Shown here in pieces: positions 54,308 through 64,000 of a stretch of DNA of 64,000 bases; position 1 is the first letter of the stretch, and each line of letters begins with the position of its first letter. A program made the translations under genes and the position numbers. The stretch is taken from contig CAXNJO010000003.1 of NCBI GenBank assembly GCA_964202905.1, positions 192,001-256,000 on the forward strand, written 5' to 3'. The DNA is from Polyangiales bacterium (GTDB taxonomy: Bacteria > Myxococcota_A > Polyangia > Polyangiales > JADJQN01). The notes under the pieces were generated by a model, which had not been told where the DNA came from, did not search any database, and saw only the letters and a program-made list of their open reading frames with translations.

Positions 54308-57089
54308 TCAGGGGCGCTGCGACGAGAAGAACGTGCGGAGGCTCGCGCCCTGCGCGTCGAGGCGTGCGCCGCAGAGGCGGATGGCCTCGAGCGAGCCCGC
54401 GAGGTTGCGCGGCCCGCCCGGGAGCGCCGTGATGCGCGGGCCGAAGAAGCCCTCGACGCTCGCGGCGTGCTGCGCATCGCAGAAGCGCGTCATGTACCAG
54501 GGCAGATCCGCCGCGCGCGTGGTCGCGATGCGCGCGGAGAGCGGCTCGTAGTGCGCCTGCACCCAGGCCCACGTCGCGTCGCGGTGCTCGGGGATCCCCA
54601 TCTGCCCGCTGAGCGGCGTGAGCACCTCGTTCACGCGCAGTACCGGATCAAGCGAGAGGCGCAGCGCCCGCTCGCCGAGCGCCGCGTCGTGCGCGCCGCC
54701 GAGCGCGCCGAGCATCCGGTTGCGCACGTTCGCGTCGGTCGAGGCGCGGAGGCGCTTCTCGATGCGGTCGAAGAGCGCGACGTCGCCGTCTTCCATCGCG
54801 ACGGCGAGCGCGACGTCGACGAGCTCGGGCGCGACGGCCGAATCGACGAGCGGCGCCTCGTCGGAGCTGCCGAGATAGGCGCGCGCGCGACGCACGGCCT
54901 CGGCGCGGACGGCCGGATCGCGCCCCACCATCGCGAGGAAGGTGATCACCGACTTGCGGAGCAGCTTCGTTTCACCATCTTCCGTGATGCCATTGCGTGG
55001 CGCCCAGCCGAGGCGGCGAAACGGCGTGGCATAGAGCTTCCGGGCAAAGGCCTCGATGCGCGGGCGCAGCGCGGGGTCGGGCATCTGGTCGCGCGCGAAC
55101 GACACGAGGCCCATCGGGGAGGTCGCGACGGCGCGCGTCGGATCGGCGGCGAGCGGCGCGAGCGCGGCGAGCACGTCGGCCGCGGGGATGGCGTTGGCTG
55201 CGAACGCTGCGACGAGGCTGTCGGAGAGCGCGAGGCGCTCACGGGGCTGGAGCTGCGACGCACCGGCGCCACGGAGCCGCGCGAGATCCGCCGCCGGGAG
55301 CGCGAAGCGGTAGTAGCCCGCGCCATCCGCGTTGGGCATGAGCCACTCGGGGCAGAAGCCGCCCTCGAGCGCGATGCGCTGCTCGGGCTCGGTGACGAGC
55401 GTGCACTGCTCGCGCGCCTCGCTGCCGCGGCCGAAGCGCACGCAGAGCGGGATCTGCCAGCGCTGCGCGCGGTCGCCCGCCGAGCCGACCGGCAGGTAGC
55501 GCGACTGGCGCACGGTGAGCGTCGCGCTCGCGCCCTCGCAGCTGACGCCGGCCTCGACGAGTGGCACGCCCGGCTGCTCGAGGAAGGTGCGGAACGGCGT
55601 CCCGACGTCGCTGCCCGCCGCCGTGCCGAGCGCGGCGAGGAGGTCTTCGGCAGTCGCGTTGCCGAAGCGATGCGATTGCATGTAGGCGCGGATGCCCGTG
55701 CGGAAGCGCTCGGCGCCGAGATAGCGCTCGAACATCGCGAGGACGCCGCCGCCCTTCGAATAGGTGATGCCGTCGAAGGCGTTGCGGATGTCGTGGTTCG
55801 AGTCGATGGGCTGGCGGATCCGGCGCGCGGAGACGAGCGCGTCCTGGCCCATCGCGCCGTGGATGCTCGCGAGCTGCGAGAGGCCGACCTGATACTCGGG
55901 GTTGGTGCGCATCACGACGCGGTTGCCCATCCACGTCGCGAAGGCCTCGTTGAGCCAGATGTCGTCCCACCACGGCATCGTGACGAGGTTGCCGAACCAT
56001 TGGTGCGCGAGCTCGTGCGCCATCACGCCCGCGAAGGAGCGGCGCTGCTCTTCGGGCGCCGACTGCGGATTGAGCAGCAGCAGCCACTCGCGGAAGGTGA
56101 TCGCGCCCGCGTTCTCCATCGCGCCCGAGGCGAAATCGGGCACCGCGAGGATGTCGAGCTTGTCGTAGGGATACTCGCTGCCGAAGTAGTCCTCGAGCTC
56201 GGCGAGGATGCGCGGCGTGTGCGCGAGCGCGTAGGCGAGCTCGGGGCCGCGGCCGCGCGCCGCGATGCCGCGGAAGGGGAGCGCGCGCGTGCGCACCGCG
56301 TTCGCGGGGATGGCGGGCGCCTCGACGACGTCGAGCGGTCCGACCGCGAAGGCGAGCAGATACGTGGGCAGCGCCAGCGTGGTCGCGTAGCGGATGCGCT
56401 TCAGGCCCTCGCCCGCGTCGACTTCTTCGACGGGCTGCGTGTTGGCGATCGCAGCGTGCTCGCGCTTGACCGTGAGCGTGACGTCGAAGGGCGTCTTGAA
56501 CGCGGGCTCGTCGAAGCACGGGAACGCGTAGCGCGCGCTGATCGCCTCGAACTGCGTGAAGGCGTAGCTGTCGCCCGCGCTGTCGACGCGGTAGAGGCCC
56601 TTCAGCGTGCGGTCGAAGGGCGCGTCGTAGGCGATGCGGATCGTCGCGCGGCCCGCGGGCACGTCGCGCGCGGGGCGGAGCGCGGCGAGGCCGTCGTCGC
56701 CGGCGCGCTCGACGGTGAGCGCGATGGGCTCACTACCATCAGGTGTGATGGTGGCCTCCGTGACGTGCATGTCCTGCGCGTGGAGCCAGAGCACGTGTCG
56801 CGGGGACGACGAGCGTGACGTCGATGCGCGACTCGCCGGAGAAGCGCTCGTCGCTCGGCACGATGCGCAGCGCGAGCGCGTAGTGCGTGGGGCGCACGTC
56901 CGCGGGCAGGCGGCCCGTCGGCGCGGCGTCGTCGAGGGCGCCCTCGATGCGGCCTTCGGGCGCCGGCGCGTCGCCGAGCACGTGCGTCGGCACGACGGTC
57001 GGGCGCGAGGCCGGGCCGCATGCGGTGAGCGCGGCGAGGATCGCGAGGGACGAGAGACGGGCGACGAGGCCGGCGCGGGCGTGGAGCAT
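54308..57089 (-). CDS. M1 family aminopeptidase lipoprotein (second paralogue), frameshift near 56805
   Basis: GAMEN, HELAHQW, WLNEAFA, YSKGG; the N-terminus MLHARAG...LTAC...RLPADVRPTHY is in ORF 56739..57089. Confidence 0.92.
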
Positions 57090-57170
57090 GGCGCGCTTTG
57101 TAGCAGCGTTCCGCGCGCGCCGAATGCGCGGAGACGCACGCCCGCGCGGCGAAAGGAGGCCTCGCGTGCG

Positions 57171-57767
57171 TCAGCGACCGCCGGGCAGCGGCGCATCGCC
57201 GCGGGGCGCGATCCGGCCCTCGTCGACGACCTCGCCCTCGGTGTCGATCACCGCGCCCGCGCCCGGACGCGCGCGCGCCGCGCCGCGCGTGCCCGTGCGT
57301 GCGGAGGCACCGCGCCCTGCGACCGACGGCCCGCGACGCGTGGCCGACGTGCGCGGCTCCGCGCCGCGCGGCACGCCGAACGGCATCGCGCCGAAGCCCG
57401 GGCCCGCGGCGACGGCCGCGCCGACGCGCCGCGCGAGCCAGACGGTGACCGCGCGCCGCACCGGCCCGACGAAGAGCGCGAGGCCGAGGGCGTCGCTGAT
57501 CGGGCCCGGCAGCGCGAGCAGCAGGCCCCCGACGAGGAGCGCGAGGCCGGCGGCGAGACCCTCGCCGGGCGCCTCACCCCGCGCGAGCGCCTCCCGCGCG
57601 CGCGCCATCACGCGGCCGCCCTCGAGGCGCGCGAGCTGGAAGCCGATGACGACGCCCAGCAGCGCATAGCCGAACGCGAACATCCCGCCGAGACGCTGGC
57701 CGAGCGCGACCAGCGCGGCGAGGTCGGCGAAGGGGAGCGCGATCGCGGCGAGGATGAGCCAGCGCAC
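57171..57767 (-). CDS. fxsA: FxsA family membrane protein
   Basis: LP..DL..L, G..LAR.EG, GGLLLALPGPISDALGL, C-terminal VIDTEGEVV. Confidence 0.8.
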   Translation of the reverse strand: MRWLILAAIALPFADLAALVALGQRLGGMFAFGYALLGVVIGFQLARLEGGRVMARAREALARGEAPGEGLAAGLALLVGGLLLALPGPISDALGLALFVGPVRRAVTVWLARRVGAAVAAGPGFGAMPFGVPRGAEPRTSATRRGPSVAGRGASARTGTRGAARARPGAGAVIDTEGEVVDEGRIAPRGDAPLPGGR

Positions 57768-57836
57768 GGCGGGATCATGGGCCCCACGCGCGGCCCCGGC
57801 CAGCGGCGGCGATCGGGGCGCCGTGGCGCGGCGCGG

Positions 57837-59198
57837 TCAGGCGCCCGGTGCGACGCGGCGCGGCGGCTCCCGGCGCATCGGCCTGCCGGGCGGCGCCTCG
57901 ACGAGCGAGCGCTGCAGGTACGGCACGGCCTGCTGGACCACATCGAGCGTCGGATCGAGCTGCTTGCCGAGGCCCTCGGCGACGAGGAGCGCGACGTGCA
58001 CGACGGTGAACACGGGCTCCACCTTCACGTGGTGCTTGCGCAGGATGTTCATGATCCCGCCGACCGCCTCACTCACCTCGACCTCGCCGAGCCGCTTGCC
58101 GTAGAGCTTCGCGAAGTGGGCCTCGACGTCGCGCTCGTAGGCGTCGTAGTCGGCGGTGAAGACGGCCGGCGCGTGCCCGTAGAAGAGCCGCGCGAGCGCG
58201 CGCGCGTCCTGCATCGCCATCGCGAGGAAGGTCTCGGCCCACGGGCGCTGCAGCTCGGCGGGGATCTCGGCGACCATGCCGAGGTCGATGAGCACGATGC
58301 CGGCGTCCGTGTAGAAGACGTTGCCGGGGTGCATGTCGGCGTGCACGAAGCCGTCGACGAACACCATCTCGAGCACGACCTCGCCGCCGAGACGCGCGAG
58401 GCGCGCGCGGTCGCCACCGAGCCGGTGCGCCTCGGTGCCCTTCACGCCGCGCACGAGCTCCATCGCGAGCACGCGCGGCGTGCAGAGCCCGTCGACGAGC
58501 CGCGGGAACGACACTCCCTCGAAGCCCTCGAAGTTGCTTGCGAATCGGCGGTTGTTCGCGGCCTCCACGCGAAAATCGAGCTGCGCCCGCAGCGCGTGAT
58601 CGAAGCGCTCGACCGCGCCGGGGATCGAGAGCATCCGGAGCGGCGGGAGGCGGTCGAGCAGGCGCGCGCACACCCCGAGGATCGCGAGGTCGCGCGCGAT
58701 CGCGGCGTGCGCGGCGAGGCGCTGCACCTTGAGCGCGACCTCGGTGCCGTCCGCGAGCCGGGCGCGGTGAACCTGCGCGACGGAGGCCGCCGCGAGCGGG
58801 ACGGGATCGACGTGCGCGAGGCGCGCGCGCGCGGCGGGATCGAGGTCCTCGGCGAGCACGCGCTCGACGTCCGCGAACGGCGCGGGCGGCACGTCGTCGT
58901 GCAGCCGCGCGAAGGCCTCGATGTAGCCCGGCGCGAGCAGATCGGGGCGCGTCCCGAGGATCTGCCCGAGCTTCACGAAGGTCGCGCCGAGCCGCTCGAG
59001 CAGGCGCGCGAGCACGCGCCCGCGCAGACGCTCGAGCGCCGCGGCGTCCGGGTCGACGACGCCGAAGCGCAGCCACGCATACGCGCCGAGCGCACCGAGC
59101 GCGGCGAGCGCGACGCCGAGCGCGCGCGCGATCAACGCGACGCCGCGCGTGGACACGACGCGGCCCGGGGGGAGAGACACAAACGCAGCGGGGGTCAT
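57837..59198 (-). CDS. AarF/UbiB (ABC1) family kinase
   Basis: LGATFVKLGQ..RPDL, PLAAASVAQVHRA, VALKVQR, FVHADMHPGN, IDLGM. Confidence 0.92.
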   Translation of the reverse strand: MTPAAFVSLPPGRVVSTRGVALIARALGVALAALGALGAYAWLRFGVVDPDAAALERLRGRVLARLLERLGATFVKLGQILGTRPDLLAPGYIEAFARLHDDVPPAPFADVERVLAEDLDPAARARLAHVDPVPLAAASVAQVHRARLADGTEVALKVQRLAAHAAIARDLAILGVCARLLDRLPPLRMLSIPGAVERFDHALRAQLDFRVEAANNRRFASNFEGFEGVSFPRLVDGLCTPRVLAMELVRGVKGTEAHRLGGDRARLARLGGEVVLEMVFVDGFVHADMHPGNVFYTDAGIVLIDLGMVAEIPAELQRPWAETFLAMAMQDARALARLFYGHAPAVFTADYDAYERDVEAHFAKLYGKRLGEVEVSEAVGGIMNILRKHHVKVEPVFTVVHVALLVAEGLGKQLDPTLDVVQQAVPYLQRSLVEAPPGRPMRREPPRRVAPGA

Positions 59199-59298
59199 CG
59201 GCGGGCCCCCGACTCTACGCCGATGCCGCGCTGCGCGCGCGCGCGGGCCACACAGCGGCGTCGCCCCGGGGCGAGAGGCGGGCGCAGACGCGAGCGGC

Positions 59299-61095
59299 TC
59301 ACGCGTCGTACAGGGCCATGACGCGGTGGCCGTGCCGCTTCAGGACGACGCGCCGCTTCAGCTTGAGGCTCGGCGTGAGCATGTCGTTCTCGGGGGTGAA
59401 ATCCTCGCGGATCAGCGCGAAGCGGCGGATCTTCTCGAACTGCTTGAACTCCCCGCTCGTGCGCGTGAGTTCCTCGTCGAAGAGACGGCGCACCGCGGGC
59501 TCCTCGAGGAGCGCGTCGCCGCGCGCAGCGACGCGGTGCTCGGCGGCCCAGGCCTCGAGCGCGGGCATGTTCGCGGCCACGAGCGCGACGTTGAAGGGCT
59601 TGTTGTCGCCGTGGACCATCACGTTGGCGATGTAGGGCGAGAGGCGCAGCTGCTCCTCGAGCGGCGCGGGCGAGACGTACTTGCCGGTCTCGAGCTTGTA
59701 CTGCTCCTTGAGGCGACCGGTGATGTAGAGAAAACCCGCGTCGTCGAGGAAGCCGAGATCACCCGTGCGCAGCCCGTGATCGGGCGTGAAGACGCGCGCG
59801 TTCTCCTCGGGCAGCCCGTGGTAGCCCTGCATCACGTTGGGGCCGTGCACGACGACCTCGCCGACCTTGTCGTCGCCCGTCACGGTGTGGTCGATCGCGA
59901 TGCGGACGCCCGGGATCGGCTTGCCGACGCTGCCGATCTTGCGCGCGCCGGGCCAGTTCGCCGTGGCGATGGGCGAGGTCTCGGTGAGCCCGTAGCCCTC
60001 GTAGACGGTGATGCCGAGGCTGTCGATGAACTCCGCGACTTCCCGGCTGATCGCCGCGCCGCCGCAGAACGCGTACTTGAGCCGACCGCCGAAGCGCGCG
60101 CGCACGCGCTGGAAGACGAGCCGGTCGTAGAGGGCGTGCTTGAAGTCCGCGACGCCGCTCCGGCGGCCCTGCGTCGCGAGCGTGCGGCGGCGCTCCTCGT
60201 TCGCGAGCGCCGCGCCGAAGACGCGTTGCTTGACGCCGCCGGCCGCGGTCATGCGCGCGTGCAGCCCCTCGTGGATGCGGTTGAACACGCGCGGGACACC
60301 GACGATCAGCGTGGGCCTGACCTCGCCGAGGTTCTCGACGATCTTCTCGACCGACTCGGCGAGGCCCATCGACGCGCCCATCGAGAAGAGGCCGTGCAGC
60401 TCCACGACCTGGCCGAAGCTGTGCGCCCACGGCAGGAACGAGAGCGACCGGTCCTCCTCGGTGATCGGGAACACGGCGTGGATCGCGCTCACGTTGCTCG
60501 CCAGGTTGCCGTGCGAGAGGAGGACGCCCTTCGGGTTCCCGGTGGTGCCCGACGTGTAGATGAAGCCTGCGATCTCCGAGGGATCGGCGGGCGGCTGCAC
60601 GGGCACGCGGTGCGCCCGGCCCCGCGCGAGCAGCTCGGACCACGCGAGCGCGCGGTCCGGCGTGCCGCGGCCGCTCATCACGACGACGTGCGCGAGCGCC
60701 GGCAGCGCGGCACGGAGCGGCTCGATCTGCGCGCGGGTCGCCTCGTCCGCGACGAGCAGCACCTTCGCCCCGCAGTCGCCGAGGATGTACTGCCACTCGC
60801 GCGGGAGCTGCGCCTCGTACATCGGCACGTAGCTCGCGCGGAGGCCATAGGTCGCGTACGCGCCGACCGCCCACTCGCTGCGGTTGTTGGCGATCACCGC
60901 GACCCGGTCGCCCGGGCCGACGCCGAGCGACGCGAGCCCGCCGCGCGCGGCGTCGACGTCCGCACCGAACTCGCCGTACGTCGTCCACCGCCACGCGCCG
61001 CCCACCTTCGTGCCGAAGAGCGGCCGCGCCGCGTGGGCGCGCACGCTCTGCACGTAGAGCTGGGTCATGTCGTGGAACTTCGGCTCGCTGAACAT
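59299..61095 (-). CDS. Long-chain fatty acid-CoA ligase (FadD15-like)
   Basis: IYTSGTTGNPKGV, SFLPWAH, EGYGLTETSP, TGDLG, LTPSLKLKR. Confidence 0.93.
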   Translation of the reverse strand: MFSEPKFHDMTQLYVQSVRAHAARPLFGTKVGGAWRWTTYGEFGADVDAARGGLASLGVGPGDRVAVIANNRSEWAVGAYATYGLRASYVPMYEAQLPREWQYILGDCGAKVLLVADEATRAQIEPLRAALPALAHVVVMSGRGTPDRALAWSELLARGRAHRVPVQPPADPSEIAGFIYTSGTTGNPKGVLLSHGNLASNVSAIHAVFPITEEDRSLSFLPWAHSFGQVVELHGLFSMGASMGLAESVEKIVENLGEVRPTLIVGVPRVFNRIHEGLHARMTAAGGVKQRVFGAALANEERRRTLATQGRRSGVADFKHALYDRLVFQRVRARFGGRLKYAFCGGAAISREVAEFIDSLGITVYEGYGLTETSPIATANWPGARKIGSVGKPIPGVRIAIDHTVTGDDKVGEVVVHGPNVMQGYHGLPEENARVFTPDHGLRTGDLGFLDDAGFLYITGRLKEQYKLETGKYVSPAPLEEQLRLSPYIANVMVHGDNKPFNVALVAANMPALEAWAAEHRVAARGDALLEEPAVRRLFDEELTRTSGEFKQFEKIRRFALIREDFTPENDMLTPSLKLKRRVVLKRHGHRVMALYDA

Positions 61096-61257
61096 GCTGG
61101 CGTGGCTCCTCGGGGGCGCAGGGCGCGGCGCACGCTACACCGCGCGCGCCCCGCGCTTCAATCGTCGCGGCGCTGCGTGCGGGCCGCGCGACGCAGCGCG
61201 CAGCGCCACGCCCGACGCGGGCCGCGCGGACCCCGACCGTGATAGCTTCGCGCGCGC

Positions 61258-61980
61258 ATGCCGCCGCGCGTCCTCATCGTCACCCCGACCTACAACGAGC
61301 GCGAGAACCTCGCGACGTTCGTCACGAGCCTGCACGCCGCTGCGCCCGAGGCCGACGTCCTCGTCGTCGACGACGCCTCGCCCGACGGCACGGGCGCGCT
61401 CGCGGACGCGCTCGCGGCGCGTGATCCCCGCGTCCGCGTGCTGCACCGCGCGGGCAAGCTCGGCATCGGCACCGCCTACATCGCGGGCTTCGAGCACGCG
61501 CTGCGCGAGGGCTACGACGTCGTGTTCGAGATGGACACCGACCTCTCGCACGACCCGCGCTACGTGCCGCAGTTCCTCGCAGCGATCGCCGATGGCGCCG
61601 ATGTGGTGATCGGCTCACGCAACATCCCGGGCGGCGGCGTCGAGGGCTGGGGCGTCGGCCGTCACGTCCTCTCGAAGGGCGGCTCGCTCTACTCGCGCAC
61701 GATCCTCGGGCTGCGCGTGCGCGACCTGACGAGCGGCTACAAGGCCTTCAACCGCCGCGCGCTCGAGGCCATCGACCTGCGCTCGGTGCACAGTTCGGGC
61801 TACTCGTTCCAGATCGAGCTCACGTACCGCGCGATCCGCCGCGGCTTCCGCGTCGCGGAGGTGCCGATCGTCTTCGTCGACCGACGCGCGGGGCAGAGCA
61901 AGATGTCGCGCCGCATCTTCGCCGAGGCGGTCGGCATGGTGTGGAAGCTGCGCCTCGACGCGCTGCGCGGGCGCCTCTGA
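61258..61980 (+). CDS. Polyprenol monophosphomannose synthase (GT2, Ppm1/DPM1-like)
   Basis: PTYNEREN, VVDDASPDGTG, EMDTDLSHDP, DLTSGYK, GYSFQIE, FVDRRAGQSKMS. Confidence 0.92.
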   Translation: MPPRVLIVTPTYNERENLATFVTSLHAAAPEADVLVVDDASPDGTGALADALAARDPRVRVLHRAGKLGIGTAYIAGFEHALREGYDVVFEMDTDLSHDPRYVPQFLAAIADGADVVIGSRNIPGGGVEGWGVGRHVLSKGGSLYSRTILGLRVRDLTSGYKAFNRRALEAIDLRSVHSSGYSFQIELTYRAIRRGFRVAEVPIVFVDRRAGQSKMSRRIFAEAVGMVWKLRLDALRGRL

Positions 61981-62011
61981 GCGGCGCGCGCGCGACGGAC
62001 TGAATGGCGAT

Positions 62012-63174
62012 TCAGAAGCGGTAGCCGAGCTCCGCCGCGACGTCGAGCGAGACGACCGTGCGCTCGGGCAGCACCCAGAACGTGGGCGCGAGCAGATCGA
62101 ACGTGAGCTCCCAGCGCTTGTCGATCGGGAAGCCGAGGCCCGCGGCGAGGCGCACGACGGGCCCGTTCTGGGGGAGGTAGCCGAGCGCGAGGCGGAGCGG
62201 GACGCGGAGATCCGTGCCGGCGCTCACCCGCACGCGGTCCTCGACCTGCGCGAGCACGAGGAGGTTGCTCGCGCGGCCGTCCTTGCCGCGCAGGTTCGCG
62301 TAGCCGAGATACGCGCCGACGCGCACGTCGGGCGTGATGCGGTAGTCGAGGCGCGCGCCGAGCAGCGCGTTGAAGAAGAAGTCGCGCGAGGCGCCGAACG
62401 CGAGGTCGGTGCGCGCCGCGAACACCCAGCGGCGCGCGCGGCCGCGCCTGCGGCGGCGGGGCGCAGCGGCGGCGTCGGCGGGCGCCTCGGCCTCGACCGC
62501 GGCCACACCCGGGATCGCCCCGCGGCGGGCGGCATGGTGCCGGGCGCGGTGGACACGCCCGGGGGCGGGAGCGCCTCGCGGGTCAGGCGCGCGACCGTCG
62601 CGACGAGCCCCGCGGCAGGCGCCGCGCCCCGCGCGAAGAAGGGACCGCCGCCATCCGCGCTCGCGACCGTCAGCTCGACGACGTACTCGCCGCGGTACGC
62701 CCACACGCGCGCGAACGCGCCGCGCGCCGCGCCCGCGGCCCAGGTCGCGCGCCAGAGATCGGCGGGAGCGGGCGGGTACGGCATGCGAACGCGCTGCGCG
62801 GCCTCGACGCTCTGCGCGGGCGTGAGCACGTCGTAGCCGAGCTCCGCGGCCGTCGCGCGCATGGTCTGCGAGACGTAGCGGCCGACGATGGGATCGACGC
62901 CGTACGGCGCCGCGTCGATGACCACGCAGCGCACGGACGGAGCCGCGGGCGCCGCGTCGGGCGCAGGCGCAGCGGAGGGCACCGCCTCGGGCGCGGAGGT
63001 CGCGTCGGGCGCGGGCGCAGCGGGCGCCATGGCCTCGGGCGCGGGCATCACGTCGGGCGCGGGCACGGGGCCGAGCGGGGACTGGGCCGCGGCGCGCGGC
63101 GGGTGTGCGAGCGCGAGCAGGGCCAGCAGGGCCAGGACGACGAGCGCGGAGACGCGGAGGCGCGGGCGAAGCAT
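62012..63174 (-). CDS. Hypothetical exported protein with C-terminal small beta-barrel, frameshift near 62520
   Basis: Signal peptide ending AAA-Q; Pro/Ala linker; the next frame gives amphipathic strands ending AAELGYRF. Confidence 0.6.
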
Positions 63175-63279
63175 CGGCGCGAGGGTAGCGCGGATCCGAC
63201 CCGGGGCGCGGCCCAGGGGCCCACGCGGCGCGGCGAATCCGTGGTGCGCAGGGCGGGATCAGTGCTCTAGTGGGCGCCC

Positions 63280-64000
63280 ATGGGGATGTCCCTCGGCCGA
63301 GCGTTCCGCGCGCGGGCGGACGTCGCGCAGCCCGGCGCGCGCGTGCGCACCGCGGGGCTCGCGCTCGTCGTGGGAATCGCGCTCGCGGCCTGCGACCGTG
63401 GGGCGCCGCCGACCGAGCCGCCGCGGGAGGCGCCTGCAGCGCAGGCCCCGCAGCTCGCCGAGGGTGCGGCGCCCGTGGGCCCGACCGAGGCCGAGCGCGC
63501 GGCCGCCGAGGGGCCCGCGCCGCCGTCGATCTGGCCCGACGACGTGCGCCCGCTCGCGGCCGACCTCGCGCGACGTGAGAGCCCCGCCGAGTGCGCCGCG
63601 CGCATCCGCGGCGCGCTCGTGCCCGAGGTCGCGGAGGCGATCGCGGGCCTCGGCTACGAGCGCTTCGTCGCGGACCTCTGCGGCGGGCTCGCGGCCGTCC
63701 GTGCAGGCGACGTCGGCGCGTGCGACGCGCTCTCGGTGTCGTCGGCGCGGGCGGGGTGCCGCAGGCGGCTCGCGCTCGTGCACGCGCGCCCCGAGGCGTG
63801 CCCGGAGGACCCGACGCTCGCCGGCCGCGAGCCCGTGTGTCTCGCGTGGGCCGCGCGCGACGCGTGGCTGTGTCGCGGCGCGGCCCCCGGCGAGCGCGAG
63901 CGCTGCGAGGCCGTGCTCGCCCGCGACCCGCAGCGTTGCCGCGCCCTGCCGGCAGAGCTGCGCGCGCGCTGCGTCGGCGAGGTCGCGCGGCACGGCCCCG
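63280..64000 (+). CDS. Hypothetical Cys-containing helical lipoprotein (runs off window edge)
   Basis: Open frame from ATG 63280 with LVVGIALAAC lipobox and repeated D...C..L......C motifs. Confidence 0.6.
   Translation, partial: MGMSLGRAFRARADVAQPGARVRTAGLALVVGIALAACDRGAPPTEPPREAPAAQAPQLAEGAAPVGPTEAERAAAEGPAPPSIWPDDVRPLAADLARRESPAECAARIRGALVPEVAEAIAGLGYERFVADLCGGLAAVRAGDVGACDALSVSSARAGCRRRLALVHARPEACPEDPTLAGREPVCLAWAARDAWLCRGAAPGERERCEAVLARDPQRCRALPAELRARCVGEVARHGP

Overview
Very GC-rich chromosomal window from a myxobacterium (Polyangiales/Sandaracinus-like, inferred from MYXO-CTERM-type tails, many Cys-rich lipoproteins and the gene set). Core content: a minus-strand stable-RNA cluster at 10.0-14.2 kb (SRP RNA, all four tRNA-Ser isoacceptors, and tRNA-Arg(ACG) next to tadA), plus hslO, fbaB, queE, recQ, pip, hrpB, ettA, metH, fxsA, three acyl-CoA ligases and two M1 aminopeptidase paralogues. 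Many secreted Cys-rich proteins lie between these. About ten single-base frameshifts in otherwise intact genes suggest an unpolished long-read assembly. Best candidates for something undescribed: (1) a co-oriented gene run at 47.6-52.3 kb with two staphylococcal-nuclease-fold enzymes flanking a Ca-binding-repeat lipoprotein and an outer-membrane beta-barrel carrying the same repeat, possibly an extracellular nucleic-acid digestion and uptake system; (2) an unassigned ~184-nt multi-stem RNA between tRNA-Arg(ACG) and tadA; (3) short tandem-repeat arrays behind several stable RNAs; (4) an accessory patch at 29.8-35 kb with a fibrinogen-tipped adhesin that has a G11 tract in its signal peptide and a BrnT/XRE toxin-antitoxin pair. 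No CRISPR array, rRNA, transposase, integrase or reverse transcriptase was seen. All family calls come from motif recognition by eye, not database searches.
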